Source of the DNA: Aplysia californica
Lineage: Eukaryota
DNA length: 64,000 bases
NCBI RefSeq assembly: GCF_000002075.1
Contig: NW_004797302.1
Location: forward strand, 1,825,390-1,889,389
Reading direction: 5' to 3'
Shown here: one piece after another, positions 50,541 to 64,000 of the stretch
How positions within the stretch are numbered: the stretch's first letter is position 1
How the letters are laid out: each line of letters opens with the position of its first letter
Translations under genes and position numbers: made by a program
Notes under the pieces: model-generated
Databases searched by the model: none
Told to the model about the DNA's origin: nothing
The model's input: only the letters and a program-made list of their open reading frames with translations

Positions 50541-50708
50541 ATGGACCGGATGAAAAGATTATTCACTCTGGCGACAGGGAATCAAATGGAAAATACACTT
50601 TTGCTGCTCATATGGATGGAAATTACAAGTATTGCTTCAGCAACGCCATGTCAACAATGACACCCAAAGTTGTCGTGTTTTCCATTGATGTTGGAGAGAA
50701 ACCAATAG
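50537..50708 (+). CDS. TMED2: Transmembrane emp24 domain-containing protein 2 (p24beta), exon 2: GOLD domain
   Basis: [57 protein letters not shown] matches TMED2; tttag acceptor, G|GTGGG donor. Confidence 0.95.
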
Positions 50709-52356
50709 GTGGGCTACTCATGTTAATTACTGACGTCTATTTTCTTACTTTTTTTTTTTTCCTGTTACTTTTTTTTTTTTTGGTCTCCCAGTTTTACTTC
50801 ATTGTCCAAATTTTGTCACTGTTCTTTAAGACTCACTGAGGCTATAGAGTAACAAAATTTCTGAAGCTAACTCCTAACTTGCAGTTATAGAAAAAGTCAG
50901 AATAGTTGCATGGAAATAATATTATAATGAAAGCTACCTGAGAATGATTCACCTGGTTAGGTGCACCACATGACTTTGGATGCCTTGTTCTTAATTATAA
51001 TGTTAGATGTAGATGCCCCCCATACATTTTGTTAACACCTTCCCTGCTAGATTTGCCTTATGATCTTTTTTGAATCATGAATTCACAATGGTAGGCTGCT
51101 TTGAGCAAAAAAGAAAGAAAGGGGGAGAGTCAGCCGCAAGGAATCATTAAACGCCCCGTATTATTTCGTTTGTCAATCAGATTTGCTGAAATTTGTTTCT
51201 GTGTGAACCCCTTTATTTCTGAATGACGTGCCTGGTATGTCACGAAAATACATAATTTTTAGCATTGTACCCTACCATAATAGACATCATGGAAGTTGGC
51301 AAAATTTGCAGTTCTTGATTGCCCACAAGACATTGCATGTCAGCCCCATTAATTACCTGGCTTCAATTCTTCTGTAAGCAAGTTTAGCCACAAACACAAT
51401 GTGGATTCATATTTGGGAATAAAAAAGTGCGCATGCTAAATAGTATTAATTTACTGTTAGGCTTGCAAGCGATTGATAAAGACAGGTTTAGTCTTGCAGA
51501 CCAACATGTGTTCTCGCAAAATGTAAAGAACAAAAAAAAAAAAGTTTTTTTTATAATTGCTGTAAATTTCTCTTTTTGATTTTCAAGCTGTTTTTTTTTT
51601 TAAAATTATGGGAAATATAGGGAATGAGAAGGAAAGTAACACTATTGAAGACCTTGGGTCCGAATATGTCACGGGTGGGCCAGTACCAGACGATGAGTCC
51701 ATCAGCATTGAGACATGAGACCTGTTGTCTTGGCTAACGAGTTACGCTGAAAATCTGTGCCTACGGTGGGAACGTACACCCCCTGAGAATGATGAACGCT
51801 TAAAGGAAAGTTGTGATACATGGAGTAAAAAGGGGAGGAAAATGGGGATTTGAAATCCTTTCTTGTTAAAAGAAATTTCTCGTAAATAACTTTATGTTAC
51901 ACAAGAATCTACTATCCTTACTTAGTTCTAAGGACTAGTCTGACAGAGGTCTATGTTTGTGATTTTAAAAAAAAGAAAGATGATTTTTTATGCTTTATGC
52001 ATTCTTTCTGAGGTACTACTAGTAACTAGTAACTGTACTGTTAATTTTGTATTATTTTCAATTTTACTATTGTAAAACTTGGAAAAGTTTGTTTTGTCCT
52101 ACCTGAGTAAGTGGGTGGTTGGCAGGTGCTCTGGTGTGGTTTGCTCCTTTCCTATCAAATATCTATTGTCTTTATCTCTACTCCTTTTTTATGTTTGTTG
52201 CTCTCTTGTAACACTTTTAATCTTTGACACTTATATGACCTTATTGTGTTGCAAGTGCTGTAAAACTCTTGCTAAAACTGAAACTATCTGAGTAATGAAC
52301 ATTTGTTACTACTACTGTTCTTTCATTTATAAATTTTGTTGTTGTTACTTTCACAG

Positions 52357-52395
52357 CTATGGAAAAATCAAAGGATGGTACAGAGGAAGGAGATG
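52357..52395 (+). CDS. TMED2: TMED2 exon 3: 39-nt microexon, charged linker
   Basis: tttcacag|CT ATG GAA...(A)MEKSKDGTEEGD G|GTAAT; symmetric phase 1/1. Confidence 0.75.
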
Positions 52396-53496
52396 GTAAT
52401 GTGTTGCTTTTATTCTTACTGTATATATATATTTTAAAAAAATTTTGTTTCCTGCTTTTAAAAAAACTTCATTTTCACTGTGTATAGTAATGACCATGGT
52501 GCTGTAATGAATTAGTAGACAGACTTTAAAAAACCCCTCAAATGAAATGTTAACATGTGCTCACCAGACCTCTGTCATCTGGCTCTGGCTTACAGCAATA
52601 ATGATAACAAGTAGCATTTGTGCAGTGGCAATTCCAGGTCAACAGCATGCTCTATGCAATTTACAATCTATAATTGTTTTTACAACAAAGATCCTAAGGT
52701 TCTGAACACTCAATTAAAAAAAAAAATGTTTGGTGACATTCATGGAGCTGTGAGTGGGCCACACATTTTGATAACTTAATCCCCTTGTCTTTATGGAAGT
52801 AGAATGGAGTCTGCTTAAGCCAAAATCTGCGGGACTGCTGGATTTTCAGAGGTTTAGAGAGGATTTTCAAATAGAAGGAAAAAGAAATCAGGGATTTTAT
52901 TTCTTTTCAGTTTTCGGATTAAAACAGTTTGGTTTGAGCAGACTCCACTTTACATCAAAATTGCAATTTGGATGTATTCTGTTAGTTACTGGTTACATTT
53001 GTTTTTTTTATCTCCTTTTGAGTGTTTAATTGGTTTGCTTTGGTATTCATAGCTGAGTCTTGTAGAAAACACCCAGTCTACGATTCAACAATTTTTTGAA
53101 AGTCATCTACACTGTATTCACAGTATTTCCAAAATCAGTGGTATTTATTTGGTAAATTTGTGAATTTTCGCAAATGTCTTTTTGAATGGTAGTCATATCG
53201 TCCCTATCATAGTCTCACCATACAAGTGCAGACAGGTAAATTTTACAGGAAAGAGACAAAAAAACGAGTCAACTATATTCAATTCTCTTCTTACAATGTG
53301 GTTTTTGTGCCGGCCAAAGCTTTAGCATCACTCTAAATGATGTAACCTTGTGTAACACCTCCAGTCTTCGGCACCTATATGACCTAATTGTGTTGCAAGT
53401 GCCGTAAAACTCTTACTAAAGCTATAAAACACCCATACCCTTACTTTATAGCCAATAGAGATAACATTAAATTTACTGTTTGTAATTGGGTTTCAG

Positions 53497-53604
53497 CAAA
53501 TCACAACCAGCTGACAAAAATGATCAACGAGCTGTCTTCCGGCCTGACAGGCATCAAGCGAGAGCAGGAGTACATGGAAGTGCGAGAGCGTATACACAGA
53601 TCTA
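53497..53604 (+). CDS. TMED2: TMED2 exon 4: coiled coil
   Basis: [35 protein letters not shown]; tttcag acceptor, GTAAGT donor. Confidence 0.95.
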
Positions 53605-54196
53605 GTAAGTCTTTGTCCATTGGGTGTGTGTTTAGTAGCAGGAGTCAGGAATCTAACAAGGGCCGCTGGCTCCTACGCTTCTTTTGTTTTCGATATTCTA
53701 ATTTATAGGGGGGGGGGGGGGGGGGAGTCATTTTTGAATTTTTGATTATGCAGTGGCTCTGTGTTAAAAAAGCCCCCCAAAAGATAGGATATGTTGTGGA
53801 CTTCCTCCTTTGATCGCCCAAAATTTTCTTATTAGGTCAGGCAGACAGTTGTTGTGTTGTAAATTATGAACTTGATCTGTGGAGTTTATTATTTTTTTTT
53901 TTTAACCTGTGGTTGACTAAGGCCCTTACCAGAGAGCTGCTCCCCAGGAACTGGGTATTTTACCTGTGCTCCAGCAAATGGACCAGCAAACTGAGGTAGC
54001 TTCAGTAAACGCTTGTAGCCCTGTTATTTAAGGATTGGACCCTCATAAAGTATATATTTTTATAAAGGGGATTTAATTGTGAATGTGTTCATGTGGTTTT
54101 TGTGCAATTTAAATAAATATTAGAAAAATCTGAGTAGTTTGAATGAAGGATTTTTTTTTTTCCAAATAAAGCTAAAAATTGTACTAAACCTTCAAA

Positions 54197-55075
54197 TACA
54201 GTCTAAGTCTAACCTGTGTGAGACGGAATCGCAAGGGAGCCAGAAAAAAAAAATTCCGTCTTAGGCATTTTCCATCTTAGACAGGGGAATTTAGTGGGGA
54301 GATTGGGGGGGGGGGGGAGGTTTCAAAGGCCCAGCCGGTGGGATCAAGGGTCGCTTGTCCGGTCTGCAAGCAGTCACAAGTAGTCAAAACTTTTCAACTC
54401 CCAGCTACTATCCTCTCTGATAATGACATGCGTCAGTCTTATTTGTCCAATTACCAATAGTGCTTGCATTTCATAGAACCACTGTTTGACCTATTAAAAA
54501 CAGAAACGTTTGAGCTTCTCTTTTGCTTCCTCCCTTAGCCCCACCCATCGGTGTAACTAGCACAGTCAACCAATGCTACCCCTCACTGCAATGTAACAAC
54601 GATTCAAGGAACCCTTTCTTAGGCTGGCCATACAATTAGAGTGGCAGGCATTGGTCATACTAATTTCACACCTCTGGCCTCTGGCTACCAATGAAAGTTT
54701 TCATGCTGAGCTGGAGCGCCACTCAAGCACTTTCACCGCCACTCGTGAGATTTCACACCCACACCACCCTGACCATCTTCATCACTCAGGGCTCCCATAG
54801 ATGGGGTAACACCTACGCTCAAATTGCATCCCTACTCCTGATCCTCACAGGACAGCTTGGCAGTAAGTTGAGAGCCAGCAGACAGAACCAAACTTGAGAG
54901 TTCTGTTTCAAATCAGGGCTGAGTGGGCAAAACATTTTTCGTCTTGGACAGGTAAAACCCTCAGAAGGGAGTGGAGTTTTCTTTCCATTTCCGCTTTGGA
55001 CAGGTTTCCGTTTTATACAGGTAATTAAAGAGGAATATATCAGGGGGGAGCAGGGAGATTCCGTAAAGACAGGTT
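54197..55075. mobile_element. pogo/Tigger-like MITE in a TMED2 intron; an inverted partial copy lies at ~33800-34080
   Basis: TACAGTC start; 54335-54560 is the reverse complement of 33800-34020. Confidence 0.55.
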
Positions 55076-56151
55076 TCTTTTCAGGCTGGTTCGAATGTAC
55101 ATTTTTTAAAATCAGCTGACAACCATATTGTTCGCAAGCAAAATATGGAACATTCAAAGTCCTTCACTTTGAAAAAAGAATTGTTGAAGTCCATTTATTG
55201 TTGCAGAAGTTAGGTCAATTTGAAAAAAGTCACCCATTATGAGTGTTAGACTGTCCGAAAGTCAGACAAGTATGAAGAGATTGTGAATTATCTTCTTTAT
55301 TTCCTTGCATAAATACTCAGTGTAAACTGTTTCTACAATGTTTAAACATTGAAGGACTGTATGTTAGGATTATCACAAAAAGAAAACAATAAATATATTA
55401 TATGTCACACATAACAACAGCAGGTCCTACTTACTCTTTGATGCTTGTTCAAAATTCAAGATGACACAGTATAAATCCAAAGTGAAAGCTTAATAATCCA
55501 CAAATTAAATGGGCAATATAATGTTTTTTAAAACTTGAAAAGAAAAAGCACACTGGCCACTCATATTCTACTCTGGATACTGAATTTGGCTAACCCTCAA
55601 AAAGTCCTGGTGCGAATCCAAATGAGGTCTGAATTTTTTTGCTTCACCCCGGACTGTTCTCTTGTGTCACTTGTCTCCAGCGTAGTCTTGAAATGAATGA
55701 AACACTGTTCTGTAGCATGTCAAACTTCTTCTGAACTGCCTGTTCGGCTGCACATTTCTCATGCACGAGCAGGTTACACTGCCTATGGCCAAAGTTGGTG
55801 AGTGCAGCTGTTTGCTGACAAACTTCTTCTGCCGACAAAAATGGCACACTTTCCTCTTGCTGCCAGGGTGTTCTGCCCATCATACCTGGAATTGGAGAAA
55901 GAGTGTGTCGGGTCTGATGTTGTGCAGGTCTGTCTGTCGTCGGTGCTGTCTGCAGTCAGGCTGGAGGCGAGGTCCTTGACGAAATCCTAGTTCCCAGGAT
56001 AAAATAATATTACAACTTCACTTTGTAAGAATCAAATTAGAATTATCAGTGTGCAGTGACATCACAAACACGATAGTTAAATTTTTTTTGCTGAATCTGA
56101 TGCATCGAGGCTGTTTTGAAAGAGGAAACCCCAATTGAGAGCCTAATTCAT

Positions 56152-56900
56152 TCATCCAGTGCTAGATCTGCGACAGACATCGGCGATCATGGCTCTCCAT
56201 TCATTCCTCTGCTCAGATGCTCTCAAAAAAGCTACGTTTCCCTGATCTTTCCCTGTCACCCATTTGTGTAGGTTACCCAAGTATGTTGTTCTGGGCCTTC
56301 CCCTGCCTCTCTTGCCCTCAATTTTGCCTGTGAGAGCTAGGTGTTCAAGACCCTTATGTGTCCCAAAAACTGCATTTGTCGTTTCCTGATTGTTTTTAAC
56401 ATTGATCATCCCCCGTGGGCTTCATCAAGCACTACCTCATTTGATTTCTTTTCCTTCCATGATACTCTTAGCAGTCTCCTAAGAAACCACCTTTCTGTTG
56501 CTTCTATTTTATTTTCACTGTCTTTAGTGATTGTCCAGCATTCACAGCCATATTAAAGGGTTGACCAAAGATAGCATTTCAGAACTTTCATTTTGGTGTT
56601 CATTGAGATGTTTCTATTTTTCATGATTGGGCTCATTTTATTGAAACTAGCCTTAGCCATTGAAATTCTCTGCCTTATTTCTGTGGAACATTTGGCATCA
56701 GATGTTATCATATATCGCTATTTAAACTGTTGGGCTAGTTTGTGATCTTTTCACCTTTGCTAATGAGATTACAACTAGGCTTTGCTGCATTTTTGGATAT
56801 TACCATGCATTGTTTTCTTTACATTCAACAATAATACTTTACGTTCACTTTCTGTTGCAACAGTATCTAGAAGCAATTGAAGGTCCCGTGCTCGTCTTTT
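56152..56900 (-). mobile_element. RTE-clade LINE 3' fragment in the last TMED2 intron
   Basis: LEHLALTGKIEGKRGRGRPRTTYL...RNEWRAMIAD; upstream RT-thumb remnants. Confidence 0.8.
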
Positions 56901-57019
56901 GGTATCAACAAAGTGCGCCATGCTTACTTGTGGGTTTCCCGGTACGAAAGGGTAATGACTCATCGAAGCGTTTCCCGGTATGAATGGGTTTAAGTTTTTT
57001 CTTTTTTTAATGTTCATGA

Positions 57020-57181
<162 letters not shown>

Positions 57182-58561
57182 AGTTCTGCTGTCTGTTGTA
57201 ATTTCCATCTCATTTTTGTTGTACGTTTAGCTCACTTTGTCATCCTTATGAAACGTTACATGAAATATAAGGGTTTGGTTGCACTCATGCAATTGATAAT
57301 GAAAATATTTTGATAACACCTGCAATAAGTATGTTTAGGTGAACAGGTCTGATCTCTTTGTGAAATTTAACGCATTTTTCTAGCCCCAAATTAGTACATT
57401 TCCAGTATAAGAAATTAAAATACCTGATGGGTCTCTGGATTCCAGCACCGTTGAGTCAAGTAGTAACTTATTGAATATGTTGTATGCTTTTTTGTTTTGT
57501 TTAAATGATTTTCATTGAGATTGTTTTTACGAAAACATTGTGGGATAGACTTTATTCTGATTTTTTATTTTTGCGTGTGTTTTATTCCCCTTCCTTTATC
57601 ATCTTTGCTTCACTACAGTTCCCCCTCTGTACTCTCTTAAAACAATGCATTCATTTTTCCTCTTTCAAGTGCCTGATGTAATATAATGAGACTTTTGAAT
57701 GCCATTTTATTTTTTAGCAGCGTGCAAGGTTTTTTTGCAGACAGCCTTTTAGGACTATTTTTAAAGTTAAGGAGTTTGGCCAAAAGTAATGATGTTATTA
57801 TTTCTTTTCGCCCAACTGGTTCCTATCTAAATTTGGTTTGAAAATGCTTATGTTATTCAACAACATTGCTGTGGTGTATTCACCTGGGGGAAAATAGTTT
57901 CCTTTCAAGCTAAGAACAGCAGAAAATGTTGGGGAATTTTAGTAGTGACCAATCAGTAATTAAAAAGCTCTTTGTCTATGTGTCGTATAGACTCCAGAGA
58001 GCTTGTGTTCCTTTCTCTGAAAACCACTTCCTACATTGTCCTGTTTTACTTTAGTAATTTAAGGTGTTACAAATAGAATTGCATGGAAGCTGTGTTTAAG
58101 TGAAAAAAATTCAGACTAAAGGAATATTAGGATATTATCGTCTAAATGTTTCTTTTTGAGTCTGTTGCATCGAGGCATGAAAGTTTTATAGTCTTTTACA
58201 CATTGGGGATTTCGAACATTTGTTGCAATTTTAGACCTGCTGTTTTTTCTTTTAATTATGTTGCTGTTTATTTTTAAACTGGTATTGTGAGTTGTGCAGA
58301 TTTGTATTTCTTTTCAGTTTTGTTTGAAGGGTGGATAGATTTGTTTAGCGGGGCCTGCAAATTTTTTCTGTTTGAGAAATTATTTGTGTACAGTATGATG
58401 CAATTTTTTTCTGTTTCTCGTTTATGTGATTCTTTTCAATCTAACTTTAATTAAACTGGCAATCTAACTTTAATTAAACTAAATATCAATATTGTGGCAG
58501 ATGTATGAAACCAAAGACAGTTTTCTCTGTTCTTTGGACCTTTGATTTTTTGTTATTAAGA

Positions 58562-58567
58562 AATAAA
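58562..58567 (+). terminator. Candidate TMED2 polyadenylation signal
   Basis: AATAAA after a ~1.4-kb T-rich 3' UTR, followed by GT-rich sequence; alternatives near 59256 and 59278. Confidence 0.45.
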
Positions 58568-61500
58568 AGGTTTCTGTTGTGTACAGGAACCCTGCTCTTT
58601 GTTTGTGAGACGCTCGCCACTGATGCTGAATGTTGAGTCCTCTCGCTCACTGCCTCTACGTATGTCTGTCTGTCTGAAAGAGAGGAAAAGTTCTGTGGTA
58701 GGAGGGAAAGCTGATATTTACTCTGTATTTGAACTCATATTAGTTTCTTTGTTTTCCCTGTGGATGTCTGTCTACATACTTCCTTATTGAGGGTGTCTTG
58801 TGGTTCCTTTTGGAAATGGCATTGATGCTTCAAGGTGTATTTGCAACAGTCTCTCAATCGAGTCATTGAAAAGTACTTCTGCCTAAAGGATTGAATATGG
58901 CCTGCCTATCTGTGCACTGTCTCACTGCTCGGAGTAATCTTCCAGCATGAATGGCACTGTTGGCAGAGCTCGATTTGCACGTCGAAGATGAGTGGTTGTT
59001 ATTTGTTTTGTTTGGAAGAGCGGCGCATGTCTGTCATGCATAAAGGGTTACATAAGCTTACAATGAATGTCATTTGGAAATCCGATTGTGTTCAAAATCA
59101 ACCCAAGGGCAAATTATTGTCATTGAAATCGCAGTGGACTTCGGAATAATAGGTCAAGAGAAGACACTGCGAATAATTTCATTTTGAAGCAAGCATTCCA
59201 GTTTGAATGTGTCTGTTCCCTAGAGTGATACTTTACTCGAAAATACCACCTGAGAATAAAACAGTGGAAGACTTAGAAATAAAATAGTAAGTGTTGTTAG
59301 ATAATTTTTGTGATTTAGTAAATTATATCAATTATCTTCCTTTTCTTTTTTTGCTTAATCCTATGTTTTTGTCTCCTTTTTGTGTCTTGGTTATGCATAT
59401 TTTTTTACCTGCTGGTTAGACATGATGGCCAATGATGTGAGCGAGGCTTGAAGGGAAANNNNNNNNNNNNNNNNNNNNNNNNNNNNNNNNNNNNNNNNNN
59501 NNNNNNNNNNNNNNNNNNNNNNNNNNNNNNNNNNNNNNNNNNNNNNNNNNNNNNNNNNNNNNNNNNNNNNNNNNNNNNNNNNNNNNNNCGGGAAAAATGT
59601 GCACACCATGAAGGATGGTACATGTAGTTGGGTTTGTTCCAGCTATCGTTCTTTCTCTCATGTGAAGCTATGACAAAGATAGTAAATAACAAGATGGTCC
59701 ACTCAGCCAAAAAAGTGTCCGCAGGAAGTGCGCTCTTTGCTTCAGATGGCGCTGCAGTCTGTTTTGAAGCTCTCTTTCGTTTTTCCAGAAGAAGAATAGG
59801 AATAGCACCTCCTTGCGTGCGCAGATCGACTGCTGTTCATCAGCAGTTCGGGTTCGTTCAGTGTGGAGTTTTAGGTTTAAAAAAAAATTGTAATGACCTC
59901 TCGCCTTTCATTCTAAAGTCAAATTAAACGAAGAAAACAATCACTCTTTCCTCTGGAAGAGGTTTTTTTGTCAGCGTAACCATTTAAAAAAAGCGTTCTT
60001 CCGAAATTCATTCAAAAACTTGCTAGTTTCACTTTGATTTTTTAAACTCAAGTAGGATAACTCTGTTCACAAAAGGTGCGCTTTTGCGAAGAGGGCGCCA
60101 CCGAATTTTGAGGACACTTTTTTAATTGGCTCAAAGAGAGAAGTGGCCCCTCTTGTTATGTAAACTCTTTGGCTATGACGAGTATTTGGTTTTGCTCTCC
60201 GAGTATTTTATTTGTCCTTGTGGTAAAGACTAGAGTAGATGAGAAGTTTTAATGTAGGTTTGTAGGTAAAGAAAGAGTAGGCAATGTATGTAGAGAATGT
60301 TTTGGACTGTTCATTTGAAGTGGAAGTTACATTTAATATGTGGTTACTAGTCGACTGTTTTGTTGTTCTAGGATTGACTTTGAATCGAACTCGCCTTCCT
60401 CAATGGCGACGTGGCGAGTCCGAAAGTTTTGTTTAGCTCAGTGATTGCCTTTCCCTAGGAAGAGTTCCGATTGTGTCAGTTTGATTCTCCGATCACAGTG
60501 CAAGATAAGGATGAGAAGAAAAAGTTTAGTTCATATATATATATTATATATATATAGATAAATAGATATTGTGCGACAGCTGTGAGAATGTTTGGCATTT
60601 ACTTCAGTTTGCTGTATCTGTTGCATTGTTTTTTGCATTCATGTTTTTGGTGCAGGGTGTTTCTTGGTGTATGAGAAGAATAAATATGTTGGTGAGAATG
60701 CACTATATTTGTCTTATTGTTTTGTTTTTTTCTGGTTGGACTAATGGACTGTGGGTGGTTGGGGGGTGCTCTGGTGTGGTTTGCTCCTTCTTTTCTATCT
60801 AACATCTACGGTCCTTGGCTCCCCTCCTTTTCTGTGTTTGTAACTCTCTTGTAACAACTTCAATCTTCGGCACTTATATGACCTTATTGTGTTGCAAGTG
60901 CTGTAATACTCTTACTAAAACTAAACTCATGGACTATTGTCTAAATGTGCTTGTATTATTCTCAGACTGGTTTTGTTTATTTAGTCTCTGGCTGGTTTGT
61001 ATGTGGATTGTAAACTATCTGAACGTCGTGTTTTACTGTCGTATCCATACGACGTGGGGAGCTCTGTGCCACCACTTCCATAGAGGAAATTTACTCGTTA
61101 ATCTGATCTGTACGCTTTGCTTAGCAGTGTGTCAATTTTTGTTGTTGAGAAATACTGTAAGTTTCAAAGAGATCTTCGTTCTCAAAGTATTCTAAAATGT
61201 GAAGAATACAACCACAGGGGTACAAAATGGCCCCATGGCGTACGGATATAAGGTTAATGGGTGTTCAGGTGTGGTTTGCTCTTTTCCTGTCGAACGTCCA
61301 TCATTCTTATCTCTCCCCCTTCTGTTCTTTGTATTTTACTGTGTAGCTATGCCTCCAATCCTCAGCTTTCATATTCATATAATTTATATGACCTAATTGT
61401 GTGACAAGTGCTGTGAAACTTGCTAAACCACCTAAGAAAAATAAGTCTTGAACTTCAAGGTAATGGTGTGGGTTGATTAAGACCCATTTCAAAACTGTAA

Positions 61501-62779
61501 GGTTACATTTAGGAAGCAGGACCACTGAAGGTTGCCTCCATATCAGGACAGTCATGGAGGTAGAGACGAAACAAAAGAGGTGGAAAGTTTTGGTACAAAA
61601 TGACTGGAGTTCAATTTTCTGCATAGATTCTGGTATCCAGATGGTCAAACATAATTTCTTTCAAATTTGGTACAGATCAGCACTAGATTGGAGTTTTAAA
61701 ATTGTTTTTTCAAGATCACCGAGTCTGTTGATAAAAAGGATGGCAAGCACTGATATATAGAAACCCACCTGACTGAAGTAGCTCCAGTACACTCAGGTAT
61801 TACATACTGGGATTCCAGTAACTAACTATAATGTATATGCCAACGTGGTGAAATGAGGCGCTCGTCAAAATAATGAATACAAGGATATTAACTTTTTACT
61901 GCTAGTGCTAGATTTGGGAATCCTCATCATTTTTTTTTTTGGTGATCGCCTTATATTATGTCCATTTAGAATTTGCTGAAAAACTGATCAAAGGCACAAC
62001 CATTGTAAATTTGCAGTTTCTAAGGGCACTCAAGCTTTGGAAGTAACCAAACTTTGGCCGCTATTTTCTCCCTCTAATTTTACCTCTGACACCAGGAGAC
62101 AGCCACCCCCTTCAATTGCAAATTATTATCTAGATTCCTATTAAAAATAGATGGGTATTTTCCATCAAAAGAAAGACAAAAAAAAACAAAAACAAAAACA
62201 AAACAAGATATAACATGATACATATCAAACTCCATAATGCCCCAAAATTGACATGCACCTGATTCCACCGATTAAACACTGTCAGTACTGTCAGTTTCGT
62301 TTTTCTCTCTCTTTCCTGAACAAATCAACAACTAGGCACAGCGACACAGAAAATAAGATTCATATACACATGAATATAGAAGCACAATAATTGTTAGATT
62401 GCATTATATAATATATATACATACAGACTTCAAAATAAGTTAAGGATCACCCTGACAGACAGCCCTGATTTTTAAGAAAATCCGAATAAAAACCCCAGCA
62501 AGGAATGTTTCAATTTTTGTTTGTTCTGAAAGTGTAAATGCGTTGCCAATGCTTACTGCGCAAAGCTTCCTAAATGGCCAAAACCACCACGTGCAGCACG
62601 GAAATCCTTGGGGAATTTTAGCCAAATTTTCCTTTTATGTATCGACTTGTGTGCAACACCACGGACATTGCTCTGTTAAAAGTTCTAGTGCACGTGATAA
62701 ATGAACGTATGGTCTCGAACTGTGCTCACTTTAGTGGCAATATAAGTCGCCGTTTGCGCAAAATCCAGTATCGCATCAA

Positions 62780-63000
62780 CATGCCACCAAGACGAAAGCT
62801 GAGAGACTTTGATCGTGCCAGAGCTATGACATGGCCGCAGGATGGAGTTGGAGCCCGAGAAGTTGCCAGAAGGCTTGCACCGCAGCGTCACACTCTGTCA
62901 TTGTCCGCTTGAGGCAGCCCCATCATTTTTAAGCCACTGGATCAGTCCAAAAACGCCCACGTGCAGGTCAACCCAATAAGACCACTCCGAGTGCTTGCAA
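62780..63000 (+). mobile_element. Tc1 transposase N-terminal remnant
   Basis: MPPRRKLRDFDRARAMTW..DGVGAREVARRL and TGSVQKRPRAGQPNKTTP. Confidence 0.7.
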
Positions 63001-63349
63001 GTGGTCCTTAACTTATGTTGAAGTCTGTATTTACCCAGCAGCAACAGAAGCTTTCCACTTTGCTTTCACTTTTGACAACTGCGCCCTTGTTTACGTGAGT
63101 TGGTGAGCGAAATTTTGCACTTCACTCTCCATGTACCCAACGATGACTCCACGTTGATACTTTTCCTTAACAAAAAGTTAACCACGTGGTCACGAGACCC
63201 ACATGCAAATTAACACATTTGATTGTAACTTAAGTTTTCGCCGAATTTATGATATCATCTAAACTGTGTTTAAATAAACACATCGGAGACTTTAGAACCG
63301 GAAAAACAAGTTACGTAGACATTCCAGCTGGTTTTTGTCGTCTCAAATG

Positions 63350-63880
63350 GCTGTACAAAAATGCCAAGGTTAAATCCTGGGGAGCGCTGTTGGGCATATT
63401 GAATACTGCAAGTAAACTGTACTATCGGCCCGTAGAATGCGCTGGTTTTTCATTGCTCCCGTCTTACCATCAACATCCTGAAAGACTGGTTCCAAGTCAC
63501 ATGGAGTTACAAATCACTGACCCAGACAAGGCAGACCACGGTCAGGTCGATCTGCCCAAGAAGACAGACAGATACTGCCCTAGTTTCTTTGAAATCACTT
63601 TCTCACGACGACCTGCTCAGCACGTCAGTTTCATACTGATACAAGAAGTTGAGGAAAACTTATCAGTGAGAGAAGGATACAACTACGGTCTTAAAACACA
63701 TTCGAACATCGAGCAAAGCGGCCTTATAATGACCAACGTTTGCCTTCTTCTCAATAATTACGCTTAAACTGACTGGACCCAAGAGGAAGCTCCCAAAAAG
63801 ACATGAACATTGTACAGCGACTGGGGTAAGCTTTGATTCAAGAGTGGAATGGACTGCCACAACAAATAATTGGACTAAGC
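63350..63880 (+). mobile_element. Second degenerate Tc1 remnant
   Basis: C-terminal ALIQEWNGLPQQII motif at ~63830-63870; upstream frames are broken. Confidence 0.5.
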
Positions 63881-64000
63881 TGGCCCCGCGGAAAATCACA
63901 TTTTTGAAATACAAAAATTGCAAGGTAAACCGCCTAAAAATTGCAAACAAATTGCAACCTTTCCATCCCAGGCGCATACCTTCGGGCTTAACGTTTTTAG

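Noticed and set aside
55640-55990. Cys-rich degenerate frames resembling a KRBA2/Ginger-type transposase tail
   Set aside because: Too fragmented to call without a profile search.
63249-63767. 172-aa ORF
   Set aside because: No recognisable domain; it overlaps a degenerate Tc1 remnant read in other frames.

Overview
AT-rich, repeat-dense metazoan genomic scaffold with several N gaps; an invertebrate, probably lophotrochozoan (inferred from the repeat complement). All gene models were built by hand from splice signals and motifs, not from database searches. Main content: (1) a tandem array of intron-containing tRNA-Arg(CCT) genes at 0.7-2.8 kb, with two intact copies and one carrying acceptor-stem mismatches. 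(2) A minus-strand gene of at least 13 coding exons (32640 to 20788, ~520 aa) encoding an N-terminal LOTUS/OST-HTH domain followed by three RRM domains and no visible Tudor or NYN domain; this non-canonical architecture is the best candidate for something new here. (3) A divergently oriented TMED2 (p24beta) gene on the + strand (exons 2-5 at 50537-57181; exon 1 not visible), with a 39-nt symmetric microexon and a duplicated decoy splice acceptor. (4) Many transposon remnants: tRNA-derived SINEs all on one strand; L1/Tx1, L2 and RTE LINEs; and Tc1/mariner, piggyBac-like, hAT and Sola-like DNA elements. (5) A 5.4-kb near-identical tandem duplication across a 100-N gap, probably an assembly artefact.
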